Of a stretch of 64,000 nucleotides of DNA, positions 30,301 to 37,569 are shown one piece after another. Made by a program: the position numbers and the translations under genes. The notes under the pieces are model-generated. The model had not been told where the DNA came from. It did no database searches and worked only from the letters and a program-made list of their open reading frames with translations. Numbering within the stretch: the first letter of the stretch is position 1; each line of letters begins with the position of its first letter. Origin of the DNA: an uncultured Thiotrichales bacterium. Its GTDB lineage: Bacteria > Pseudomonadota > Gammaproteobacteria > CAIRSR01. The stretch lies in contig CAIRSR010000113.1 in assembly GCA_903881315.1 (NCBI GenBank), forward strand, positions 4,693 through 68,692, read 5' to 3'.

Positions 30301-30965
30301 GGTCGGAGATTGGTCTTGCGGCCCGCACCGGCGCGTTGGCCCACGCGACGGGGCAGGGTGTCGCGGCGATTCGGCCAGACGACGGCATCGCCCTTTTCGA
30401 CCTGCTCTGGCAGCGGCAAGGGCAGGTGATAGTAACGTCGGTGGACTGGCCGAACCTGCTCCGGCAACTACCAAAGCCAATGCCGTTGGTAGAGCACTTT
30501 AGGGACAAGCAGGCAGCGGCGGTTGTTGCGGCAATGGGAGGTAGCGCTTGGCTTACGCAGTTGCGTACACTGCCAACGAACGAACAGCGTGCGGTATTGC
30601 TCGATCGCGTGCGCGAAGAGGTTGCGCGGGTGATTGGTGGTAGCGCCTCCCAGCTCGACGATCAGACCGGGTTTTTCGATCTAGGGGTTGATTCTCTGAC
30701 CGCAGTAGAGTTACGCAATGCCTTGCAGGCGGCTTTACCAGTAAACTTACCGGCAACGCTGTTGTTTAAGTATCCGAACATTGCTGCGCTGGCTGCCTTC
30801 TTGGCGACCGAACTGCTAAGTGAGGGGTCGCCTCCGGTGGCTCCTCCCCAAGTTGCTGTTGCTTCCGCAGCGCCGACGACTGCCGCGCTTGAGGTTGGCA
30901 GCATGTCGGAGGCGGAGCTAGAGGCCTTGATCAATGATGAATTCGCTAATCTCAACGAGTATTGA
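24306..30965 (+). CDS. Type I PKS, module 3: KS-AT-DH-cMT-KR-ACP
   Basis: Docking-like LLALQEMQAKVARLE. KS: DTACSSSL (24909), HGTGT, NVGH. AT: GQGAQYLQMG, GHSVGE (26274), SHAFHS. DH: HQIFGQVVLPAAGH (27193), LLDAAFQ. C-methyltransferase SAM motif ILEIGGGTGGTT (28596). KR: TGGLGDLG (29793), no LDD. ACP: LGVDSLT (30680). Confidence 0.95.
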   Translation: MTQKPELSPTKRALLALQEMQAKVARLESQQREPIAVVAMACRFPGGANTPEAFWQMLCEARDAITEIPPERWDVEAYYDKDPNVPGKMYTRFGSFLSAIDAFDPIFFGITPREAHSIDPQHRLLLPVTWEALENGGFDVNALYGSRTGVYVGISNFEYGAALWSDSPERISAYSGTGGSLGVAAGRLSYTFGFTGPSMIIDTACSSSLVTTHLAMQALRLGECDLAISAGVNLIYGPETHINFCKARMLAADGHCKTFSAAADGYARGEGVGVLVLKRLSDAKRDGDTVLALLRGSAVNQDGPSGGLTVPNGPSQVKVIRAALASGEIHPDQVGYLEAHGTGTALGDPIEMGALATVFGLRKTPLRVASVKTNVGHLESAAGIAGLIKAVLSVQHGAIAPHRNFEQPSPHIDWASISVAIPTALTEWPDPVRIVGVSSFSFSGTNAHVVVSNDVPVGATVEALTHEPSPLVAPTTWPATRLLALSAKSSAGLQALAARVADDLERRPSNAWHGYCVAAARGRGHYSHRLTLLADTPAAAATRLRVGEAQTSRRPVNPPRIAFLFTGQGAQYLQMGRELYEQEPYFRSILEQCEAIASPLIGRSLLGLLYPAPEAATPEAEALLAATEYTQPLLFAIEYGLAQLWRHWGIEPEALIGHSVGELVAATVAGLWTLETGLTLTCARGRLLAALCSPGAMASVPLSSAAVSARLATYRERASGVVLASINGPESVAVAGSAASLNALIAALAAEGIEAKPLRVSHAFHSPLVEPMIAAFRAELGSVRFATPTIPILSNLNGEFADPQVLATPAYWCRHLREPVRFADGLARLLAEGFDTFIEVGPKPTLCAFGMAQAEALGMTASWLPSLRYRVEPWRQLLLSLGELYRLGLDVAASALAQGGPRYPLRLPNMPFQTDHYWLEKPAERVRLRGGHPLLGERLETPLLAAGGVLFVNELSAESFLAHHQIFGQVVLPAAGHMEMALAAAGALLPNGAWLREVTIQRALVLPVAAALPVQMVLQASADGYRFTIYAPTEGVPGATWQPYSAGELVAGVLPLRPMITLDEMRAHCDEAFPVSEYYRLAHSVGIAHSADFQALTGLWRAPDAVLARIELPPALAGEAGAFRLHPVLLDAAFQAASVLLLARGVTYLPVGLAELQTTRPLPKQLWCWVTAQAGAEDARLFLADLQLFDDEGEQIAEVRGLCFQQVDVHVLTDARRRYGSWLYQIAWETQPLFGVQPPCSPPQLGVALAEATRELVPQCAFYQPFLAGLEQLAGGYIQQALQQCGWQPAPNSVFTTPALAKQLGVQESFAALFERCLAILAEDGVLRREADQWRVVTPLVALSPAVVEALRLQYPAALPEITLLERCASVLAGVWRGEVNPLHLLFPEGSLSVTTLLYQHSVGARIINDLLASAVQRAVAGLPTTQGIRILEIGGGTGGTTTRLLPLLPVGRSDYLFTDISTYFTNHAKQQFGGEYGFVRYGLLDIEKSPPAELCGQFDLVVAANVVHATRVLGETLAHCAELLAPGGMLVLLEAEARQRWLDLTFGMTDGWWRFIGSDPFRADYPLLTTEQWRTLLPTCGFDGVTILGPDQYSEAAQLRQNIVLARRALREVALPPRLALGRWLIVGDSGPGGVGALLAERCVGRATLVARDAFLSNSAALLAEPLAGVVLVYALEEDTPLEAPQALLHAQERISTPLLRLLQGLGNERTCALWVVTRAAIAVPSDPSCEASDLARDAQGLVQTVLHGLMRSAVVEYPQLQTVVLDLPAAESKAASAERVWREFAAAQQPEEVVVLRDAGRFVRRLQRDDAQPVAKRLSLSAEASYLITGGLGDLGLLVAHYLVEQGARYLVLLGRNGPRESAKASLAALEAAGAVVEIATLDITDDLALQALLALPRPPLRGVVHAVGALSNGALATMDWPRLASVLSAKVLGGWNLHQATETLPLDFFILFSSISSVFWSEAQGNYAAANAFLDELAGFREQRQLPALVINWGAWSEIGLAARTGALAHATGQGVAAIRPDDGIALFDLLWQRQGQVIVTSVDWPNLLRQLPKPMPLVEHFRDKQAAAVVAAMGGSAWLTQLRTLPTNEQRAVLLDRVREEVARVIGGSASQLDDQTGFFDLGVDSLTAVELRNALQAALPVNLPATLLFKYPNIAALAAFLATELLSEGSPPVAPPQVAVASAAPTTAALEVGSMSEAELEALINDEFANLNEY
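28390..29085 (+). other. C-methyltransferase domain inside PKS3 (approximate bounds)
   Basis: Class I SAM fold: ILEIGGGTGGTT, DYLFTDIS, FDLVVAANVVHAT, LLAPGGMLVLLE. Located between DH and KR. Confidence 0.8.
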
Positions 30966-33900
30966 GCGTGACTGTAGCCAGTAGCCGTGGTGTTGCAACA
31001 CCGGATGACATGAGCCCCCTCCAGCGGGCGGCGCTAACGATTCGCGAGCTAAAGAGTAAGCTTGAGGACAGTCGCCAATCCCAGTTTGAGCCGATAGCCG
31101 TTGTCGGCATGGATTGTCGTTTTCCCGGGGCGTCTTCGCTTGATGAGTTTTGGGCGTTACTGCGCGATGGGGTGGATGCGGTGCGTGAGGTGCCGCTGGA
31201 TCGTTGGGATCTGTCGGAGTGGTTTGACGCAAACCCGAACGCTGCCGGTAAGATCAATACCCGTCATGGCGCTTTTATCGAGGATGTCGCGGGTTTTGAT
31301 GCTGCGTTCTTTGGCATCCCGCCCCGTGAGGCTATGCAGATGGATCCTGGCCAACGCCTGTTGTTGCAGATCACCTGGAGCGCACTCGAGCGGGCGATGA
31401 TCCCGCCGGAGTCGTTGCGCGGCAGTCGTAGCGGTTTTTTTGTCGGCATGAGCCAGAATGATTATGGCTCCCTCCAGATCAATGGCGACCCGAGTGCAAT
31501 TACCGCCTACAGTGGTACCGGGAATGGCTGGTGTTTTGCGTGTGGGCGCATTGCCTTTCAGTATGGTTTCAACGGCCCGGCCCTGACCACCGATACGGCC
31601 TGTTCTTCGTCGCTGGTGGCCATGCACCAGGCGGTCAATGCCCTGCGTATGCGCGAGTGTGATGTAGCCATGGCGGCGGGTGTGCAGCTCAACCTAACGC
31701 CGCCGATGCAGGTGTTTTTCGCCCGTACCCAATCCTTTTCGCCAGACGGTCGCTGCTTTACCTTTGATGCACGGGCGAACGGTCTGGTGCTCGGGGAAGG
31801 CGTGGCGGTGGTGGTGTTGCGACGCTTGAGCGATGCGTTACGCGATGGGCAGCCTGTCCTGGCGGTGATTCGCTCGACCAGCCTCAACCATGATGGTGCC
31901 TCGGGTGGGCTGACCGTGCCGAATGAGAGCGCCCAAGAGGCGCTGATCCGTGACGCATTGCAACGTGCGCGGGTCGCCCCAGACAGTATCGATTATATCG
32001 AGACCCACGGCACTGCCACCCCGCTTGGCGATCCTATCGAGGTCGGCGCATTACGCGCCGTGTTTGGCAAGCGCCCCGCGAGTCAGCCGCTTACCATCGG
32101 CTCGGTCAAGACCAACATCGGTCATCTGAACGCCTCGGCGGCGATTGCGGGTTTTATCAAGACCGTGTTAATGCTGCAACACCAGCAGATGGTTCCGCAT
32201 CTGCACTACCGCGAACCGAATCCCAAGATACCCTGGCAGGGTTTTGCGGTACAAGTGCCGACTGCGTTGCAACCTTGGCCGGCACCGCCGTTAGGTCAGC
32301 CGCGCCGTGCGGGTCTCAGTTCCTTTGGTTTGAGCGGCACCAATGGTCATCTCGTGTTAGAGGAATGGCCGATAGCGGTTGCAACCCCGCAAACCGAGCC
32401 CCCAGTGGTGGAGCGCCCACTGCACCTGTTCGCCCTTTCGGCGCGGAGTGAAGTGGCGCTACGGGCGTTGGCCGCGAGTCATCGGCAACGGCTTAGTGCA
32501 GATCAGGGGCTATCGTTGGCTGACTATTGTTATAGCGCCAATGCCGGTAGGAGCCATCTTGGTTGGCGCGCCATTGTGTGTTGTGCCACCATTCTTGAGT
32601 TGCAGGAGGCCCTGGGTGCGCTGGCTGTGGGTAGCGAGCATCCGTGTTTGCGTGGCCCACAGCGAAACCGTGGCGCAGCGCCTAAGGTGTTGATGACGCT
32701 CGCGCACGACCCTGCACCGTGGCTGATAACGCATCCGGTCTCTCGCAAATGGCTTGCCCACTATGCTCGTGTGAGCGGATTGCTGCTTGATACAGCAGTG
32801 CTTGACGCCAACCGCACACCCGCCACAGAACTTGCAGGCTACCTGGTGCTCGCCGCGCTGTGGCAGGCGTGGGGGGTACAACCAACCGCCGTGCAGGGGG
32901 TTGGCGGTGGTCGCTATGCGGCGGCGGTGCTCGCTGGTGCGCTTACTGCCGAGGAGGCCTTTGCGGCTCTTCTGCAAGGTCGAGCGCCCGTCCTCGCGGC
33001 CCCACAGCGCACCCTGCTGGAGGGGGATGGCAGTCGCCTGGTGTCCCTCCAAGGGGGGGGGCAGCCTTTGGCGGCGCTAGCGGGCTACGATGTGCGGTTG
33101 TCTCTCGGCAGAGAGGACGCGCCGGAAGAGGGCTCTTCTTTGCCCTGGACGAGTGTGCTCGAGGAGCTGGTGGCCTTCTATCTGGAGGGAGGCGCGGTTG
33201 ACTGGCGTGGTTTCGATGCGGGTTACGGGCGGCATTGGTTGGTTCTGCCTACCTATCCCTTTGCCCGCGACCGTTACTGGCGCGACAATCAGGTTGTAGC
33301 TCCGCCGACAAAGGTGGTGGCAGCGCCTGTGGTGGCAATGGAGCGAGACAACCCGCCCGCTCTGGCGGCGGAGCCGGAAAAGGGCGCACCGTCTGTTGCA
33401 CCGGAGGGTGAGCCACCGGTGTCGGTAGCGCCAGTGGTGTCAGCGCCGACGGAACCGGTATCGGCCCGAGCGTCGTTAGTCCCCGAACCAACAACTGCAG
33501 TGGTTTCGTCCTCGTGGTCGTTGGCGCAATTGATGGAGCGCCAGTTGCAACTGGTCGCTGAGGCCATCAGTAGTGTGACGCTGCAGCAATTGACGGCGCT
33601 GCAGGTCATTACTGCGGCAGGGGCTAAGGTGGCGGCGGTTGGGCCCGCTTGCGACGCTCCTTCCCAGGTGCCACCTCTTGCGCCCAATCCGCTAATTGCA
33701 GAGGGGACGCAGGGGCAGTCCCTCCCCGAGGGGGAGTCTTTCACCGAACAATCAGAGAAAGAGAGACCTTCTCAACCGGAAGAAACGAGTGGGGGAGCAG
33801 CGCACGGGACGGGTGAGTGCCACATGACAACGGATGGTTGTGGTGGCGCTGCTGAAGACCCTCCGGTTTCTCCAGTAATCCCTGTGGCCAGCGTAATCGA

Positions 33901-35245
33901 TCCGCTGCGTTGTGGTGATTGGCGCTTGTTGCTCTGCCACGCTGCCGACCCGGATGCGCTCTTGGCCGAGCGGCAGTTGCTTGCGGCGCAAATTATCGAT
34001 GCCCCCGATGCGGTGCTGGCCGCGAGTCGCAAGGCCTTGCAGCAGCCCCCTGCCGTTGGTCGGCGATTGATGCTGAGTTATCAGGATGTTCAAGAGGCCG
34101 CCCTGGCGCTCGGCACCCAAGGCAGTAAGCGAGTAATCAGCGCCGCTAGTCATGAACAGGCACCAGCGGTTGTCTTTATGTTTCCAGGCGTGGGGGATCA
34201 CTACCTCAATATGGGGCAGGGTCTGTATCGGGCAGAGCCGTTATTCCGCGCGATCGTTGATCATTGTTGTGACTATCTGTTGCCGGTAATCCATGTTGAT
34301 CTGCGCACGGTGCTCTATCCGCTGGAACCAGTGAATACAAATCCTGAGGCCGCAGCACCGAAATTCGATCTGCGTGCTATGTTGGGGCGTGGGTCTTCTC
34401 CACCCAATCCGCAATTAGAGCGCCTGAATCAGACGCTGCATAGTCAACCGCTGTTGTTTATTATCGAATATGCGTTGGCGCGGTTGTGGTTGGCGCGGGG
34501 TGTGCAGCCGCTTGCGATGATTGGTTACAGCATTGGCGAATACACTGCGGCGGTTTTAAGTGATGTGATGGCGCTGGATGATGCCCTGCGACTGATTGCC
34601 CGTCGCGCCGAGCTGATTGAGGGGGTTGCCCCGGGCGCAATGTTGGCGATACCGTTGGGTCTAGATGCCTTGCAATCACGACTTGGTGGGGGGCTTTCTT
34701 TGGCGATTAGCAGTACGCCGAATCAGTCGGTGGTTGCCGGGCCCGTTCTGGCTATTGAGGCATTGCAAGAGCAGCTCAAGGCGCAAGAGGTGGTGTGTCG
34801 AAGGCTGCAAAGCAGTCACGCATTCCATTCGACCATGCTACAACCCTTGCACCAGCCATTGCGGAAACTCGTGAGTGAGTTTCGTTTGCAAGCGCCGCGC
34901 ATCCCCTATATTTCTAATGTGACGGGGGATTGGATTCGAGATGCCGAGGCGACCGACCCCGACTATTGGGCACGTCATACCTGGCAGACGGTGCGTTTTG
35001 CCGATGGCCTAGGGCGGCTGCTGGCGCCGGACGCATTTGCTGGCGCGAGTAATCGGCTATTTCTAGAGGTGGGCCCGGGGGTAAGCCTTGGTAGTTTCAT
35101 GCTGCAGCACCCGGCGTCGGCGCAATTGGCGCGGAAAGTGAGTCTGCCAACACTTCGCACGATGTATGAGCGAACCCCCGACGAGCAATTCTTGCTAAAC
35201 ACCCTGGGTAAACTCTATCTGGCTGGTGTCCAATTATCTCTGTAA
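30962..35245 (+). CDS. Type I PKS, terminal protein: KS - degenerate AT-like region - about 290-aa low-complexity linker - intact AT; no ACP, no release domain
   Basis: The start (TTG 30962 or GTG 30968) overlaps the PKS3 stop codon. Docking-like LTIRELKSKLEDS. KS: DTACSSSL (31592), HGTAT, NIGH. See the domain sub-features below. Confidence 0.9.
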   Translation: MSVTVASSRGVATPDDMSPLQRAALTIRELKSKLEDSRQSQFEPIAVVGMDCRFPGASSLDEFWALLRDGVDAVREVPLDRWDLSEWFDANPNAAGKINTRHGAFIEDVAGFDAAFFGIPPREAMQMDPGQRLLLQITWSALERAMIPPESLRGSRSGFFVGMSQNDYGSLQINGDPSAITAYSGTGNGWCFACGRIAFQYGFNGPALTTDTACSSSLVAMHQAVNALRMRECDVAMAAGVQLNLTPPMQVFFARTQSFSPDGRCFTFDARANGLVLGEGVAVVVLRRLSDALRDGQPVLAVIRSTSLNHDGASGGLTVPNESAQEALIRDALQRARVAPDSIDYIETHGTATPLGDPIEVGALRAVFGKRPASQPLTIGSVKTNIGHLNASAAIAGFIKTVLMLQHQQMVPHLHYREPNPKIPWQGFAVQVPTALQPWPAPPLGQPRRAGLSSFGLSGTNGHLVLEEWPIAVATPQTEPPVVERPLHLFALSARSEVALRALAASHRQRLSADQGLSLADYCYSANAGRSHLGWRAIVCCATILELQEALGALAVGSEHPCLRGPQRNRGAAPKVLMTLAHDPAPWLITHPVSRKWLAHYARVSGLLLDTAVLDANRTPATELAGYLVLAALWQAWGVQPTAVQGVGGGRYAAAVLAGALTAEEAFAALLQGRAPVLAAPQRTLLEGDGSRLVSLQGGGQPLAALAGYDVRLSLGREDAPEEGSSLPWTSVLEELVAFYLEGGAVDWRGFDAGYGRHWLVLPTYPFARDRYWRDNQVVAPPTKVVAAPVVAMERDNPPALAAEPEKGAPSVAPEGEPPVSVAPVVSAPTEPVSARASLVPEPTTAVVSSSWSLAQLMERQLQLVAEAISSVTLQQLTALQVITAAGAKVAAVGPACDAPSQVPPLAPNPLIAEGTQGQSLPEGESFTEQSEKERPSQPEETSGGAAHGTGECHMTTDGCGGAAEDPPVSPVIPVASVIDPLRCGDWRLLLCHAADPDALLAERQLLAAQIIDAPDAVLAASRKALQQPPAVGRRLMLSYQDVQEAALALGTQGSKRVISAASHEQAPAVVFMFPGVGDHYLNMGQGLYRAEPLFRAIVDHCCDYLLPVIHVDLRTVLYPLEPVNTNPEAAAPKFDLRAMLGRGSSPPNPQLERLNQTLHSQPLLFIIEYALARLWLARGVQPLAMIGYSIGEYTAAVLSDVMALDDALRLIARRAELIEGVAPGAMLAIPLGLDALQSRLGGGLSLAISSTPNQSVVAGPVLAIEALQEQLKAQEVVCRRLQSSHAFHSTMLQPLHQPLRKLVSEFRLQAPRIPYISNVTGDWIRDAEATDPDYWARHTWQTVRFADGLGRLLAPDAFAGASNRLFLEVGPGVSLGSFMLQHPASAQLARKVSLPTLRTMYERTPDEQFLLNTLGKLYLAGVQLSL
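32414..33286 (+). other. Degenerate (catalytically dead) AT-like / KS-AT linker region of PKS4
   Basis: GQGxQ is replaced by KVLMTLAHDPAPW. The GHSxG nucleophile is replaced by GVGGGRY (32897-32917). The region is shorter than the ATs of modules 1-3, but the post-AT motif YPFARDRYW is kept. Confidence 0.7.
34157..35245 (+). other. Intact C-terminal acyltransferase domain of PKS4 with variant nucleophile elbow
   Basis: VVFMFPGVGDHYLNMG, GYSIGE (34523-34540) instead of GHSxGE, SSHAFHS, EVGPG. It lies at the extreme C-terminus with no carrier domain after it. Confidence 0.8.
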
Positions 35246-35265
35246 CGTACCTTGGGAGTGATAGG

Positions 35266-36123
35266 ATGAATAATAACACCGTGGGTGTTGTTGGTGCTGG
35301 GGTTATGGGTAGTGGTGTTGCGCAGAATCTGGCGCAGAGCGGTTTTACTGTCGTACTGATCGATATTAATGAGAAGGTATTGCAACGTACCGAGGCAGAG
35401 ATTCGTAAGAATGTTCGCTTCTCGGCGTTTTATGCAAAGGATAAAACGAAGGTTGAATCAGTGGAGACGGTCTTAGGTCGCATCGAGTTTACGACGGATT
35501 ACAGTAAACTCGCGACTGCCTATTTTATTGTTGAGAATGCCTCGGAGATATGGGAGGTAAAGCAGGCGGTCTATCCGTTGATTGATAAATATGCGCCGCC
35601 CGAGGCGCGCGTTGCTGCTGATACCTCGTGTTTTTCGATTACTCGTTTGGCCTCATTGACCGCACGGCCCGACAAGATCATCGGTATGCACTTTATGAAT
35701 CCGGTGCCAATGAAGACCACCGTCGAGGTGATCAAGGGGTATCACACCAGTCCTGAGACCATTACGATTGGTCTTGATTTTCTGGCGCGGATGGGTAAGG
35801 ACGGGATTGTTGTTAATGATGCTCCGGGTTTTGTTTCTAATCGGGTGCTGATGCTTACGGTGAATGAGGCAGTCTTTGTGGTTCATGATGGGGTTGCGAC
35901 GGCGGCCCAGGTCGATGAAATACACCGCAAATGTTTTGGGCATAAAATGGGGCCCCTAGAGACAGCCGACCTGATCGGCCTAGATACGATCCTTTATTCA
36001 GTGGAAGTGCTTTGGGAGAGTTATAATGATAGCAAATATCGTCCGTGTCCATTGCTAAAGAAAATGGTTGCCGCCGGTTTACTGGGGCGTAAGAGTGGCG
36101 AAGGTTTCTACAAATACAAGTGA
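35266..36123 (+). CDS. 3-hydroxyacyl-CoA/ACP dehydrogenase (FkbK/ZmaG-like)
   Basis: GGGAG RBS. Rossmann motif VGVVGAGVMGSGVAQNLA. HFMNPVP, DAPGFVSNRV, GPLETADLIGLD. Confidence 0.85.
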   Translation: MNNNTVGVVGAGVMGSGVAQNLAQSGFTVVLIDINEKVLQRTEAEIRKNVRFSAFYAKDKTKVESVETVLGRIEFTTDYSKLATAYFIVENASEIWEVKQAVYPLIDKYAPPEARVAADTSCFSITRLASLTARPDKIIGMHFMNPVPMKTTVEVIKGYHTSPETITIGLDFLARMGKDGIVVNDAPGFVSNRVLMLTVNEAVFVVHDGVATAAQVDEIHRKCFGHKMGPLETADLIGLDTILYSVEVLWESYNDSKYRPCPLLKKMVAAGLLGRKSGEGFYKYK

Positions 36124-36134
36124 AAGAGTGAAAC

Positions 36135-36368
36135 ATGAGTACAATTGAAGACGCGGTGCGGAGTTTTCTCGGGCAGTTCGTCAGTGATCCGGATGTCGAG
36201 GGCGATCACGATCTGTTTAGTTCCGGCATGGTAAATTCTCTGTTTGCCATGCAGTTGGTGCTATTCGTTGAGAAGCAATATGGTATCACGGTGGCAAACG
36301 AGGATCTTGATTACGAGAATTTTAAATCAGTGAATGCCATTGTCGGTTTTATCCAGTCAAAGCAGTAA
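36135..36368 (+). CDS. Discrete acyl carrier protein (FkbJ/ZmaD-like)
   Basis: 77 aa and acidic. Helix II motif SSGMVNSLFAMQLVLFVE (Ser in NSL as the putative phosphopantetheine site). Sits between the two dehydrogenase genes. Confidence 0.75.
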   Translation: MSTIEDAVRSFLGQFVSDPDVEGDHDLFSSGMVNSLFAMQLVLFVEKQYGITVANEDLDYENFKSVNAIVGFIQSKQ

Positions 36369-36381
36369 TGGGAGTAGCGTG

Positions 36382-37569
36382 ATGGACTTTGATCTAACCA
36401 CCGAGCAGTCTCGTGCCAAGAGTGAATTTCGCCAGTGGGTGGAACAATGCGTGGTGCCGGTAGCTGATGCCAATGACAATCGTGAACAAACCCCACCGGA
36501 GTTGATTGCCGAGATTGCGGCAAACGGTTATCTCGGTGCATTGGTTGCAAAGGAATACGGTGGGAGGGGCATGGATGCGTTGACTTGGGGGCTTTTGTGC
36601 GAAGAGGTGGGGCGCGGTAGTGCCTCGTTGCTGAGTTTGCTTACTGTGCATGGCATGGTCATCCAATCCCTAGCGAAATGGGGCACACTTGCGCAGCGTG
36701 AGCGGTGGTTACCAAAATTGGCAACGGGTGCCACGGTTGGTGCGTTTGGGCTTACCGAGCCGAATATTGGCAGTGACGCGAAGAATATTGAGAGCACGGC
36801 AGTGTTACAAGCGGATGGAACCTATCTGCTGAATGCCGAGAAACGCTGGATATCCTTTGGCGCATCGGCTGACCTGGTGCTCGTCATTGCCAAGGTTGGC
36901 GATAAGGCGACTGCCTTTTTGGTAGAACGCGGTATGCCAGGGTTTTCGATAGAGCCAATTCGTGGGATGCTTGGTTTTCGTTCGGCAAATATTGCGCGCC
37001 TTTTGATGCGTGATGTGATTATTCCTGCTCAGAATATCGTCGGGAAGGTTGGTTTTGGTTTCTCACATATTGCTGGGACTGCGCTTGATCATGGTCGCTA
37101 CTGTGTCGGTTGGGGCTGTGTTGGGCTTGCCCAGGCGGCATTGGATGCAGCGCTCTCTTATTCCGGCGAGCGCTATCAGTTTGAAGTGACATTAAATAAA
37201 CACCAACTGATCCAAGAGATGTTGGCCGAGATGATCGTCAACGTCAAAGCGGCGCGGATGCTGAATTACCATGCGGCCTTCCTCAAGGATCGAGGCGATC
37301 CGTCATTGATTATGGAAACATCAATGGCAAAATATTTTGCGTCGCGGGTTGCCAGTCAGGCTGCAAATGCTGCCGTGCAGATCCATGGTGCCAATGGTTG
37401 TTCTAGCGATTATCCGGTGCAGCGTTATTTTCGTGACGCCAAGATTATGGAGATCATCGAGGGCAGCAACCAGATGCAGCAGATCATCATTGCCAAATCA
37501 GGTTATCAACAACATTTGGTGAACAAACGGGCAGCACGGCGCTCAGCGGCAGAAGGGGAGGGGCGGTGA
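36382..37569 (+). CDS. Acyl-CoA/ACP dehydrogenase family flavoprotein (FkbI/ZmaE-like)
   Basis: GGGAG lies before ATG 36382. FGLTEPNIGSDA, RWISFG, QIHGANGCSSDYPVQRYFRDAKIMEIIEGSNQMQ. The ORF track's earlier start overlaps the ACP gene and was not used. Confidence 0.85.
   Translation: MDFDLTTEQSRAKSEFRQWVEQCVVPVADANDNREQTPPELIAEIAANGYLGALVAKEYGGRGMDALTWGLLCEEVGRGSASLLSLLTVHGMVIQSLAKWGTLAQRERWLPKLATGATVGAFGLTEPNIGSDAKNIESTAVLQADGTYLLNAEKRWISFGASADLVLVIAKVGDKATAFLVERGMPGFSIEPIRGMLGFRSANIARLLMRDVIIPAQNIVGKVGFGFSHIAGTALDHGRYCVGWGCVGLAQAALDAALSYSGERYQFEVTLNKHQLIQEMLAEMIVNVKAARMLNYHAAFLKDRGDPSLIMETSMAKYFASRVASQAANAAVQIHGANGCSSDYPVQRYFRDAKIMEIIEGSNQMQQIIIAKSGYQQHLVNKRAARRSAAEGEGR

Noticed and set aside
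9524-35202. Dozens of 60-240-aa ORFs on the antisense strand or in alternative frames inside the PKS and asmA genes (e.g. 10266-10805, 15498-16217, 17384-18073, 25310-25834, 27060-27683, 32510-33052).
   Set aside because: All lie wholly within long ORFs that have unambiguous PKS domain motifs. They are Arg/Pro/Ala/Gly-rich, as expected for spurious frames in roughly 63% GC DNA, and show no motifs.
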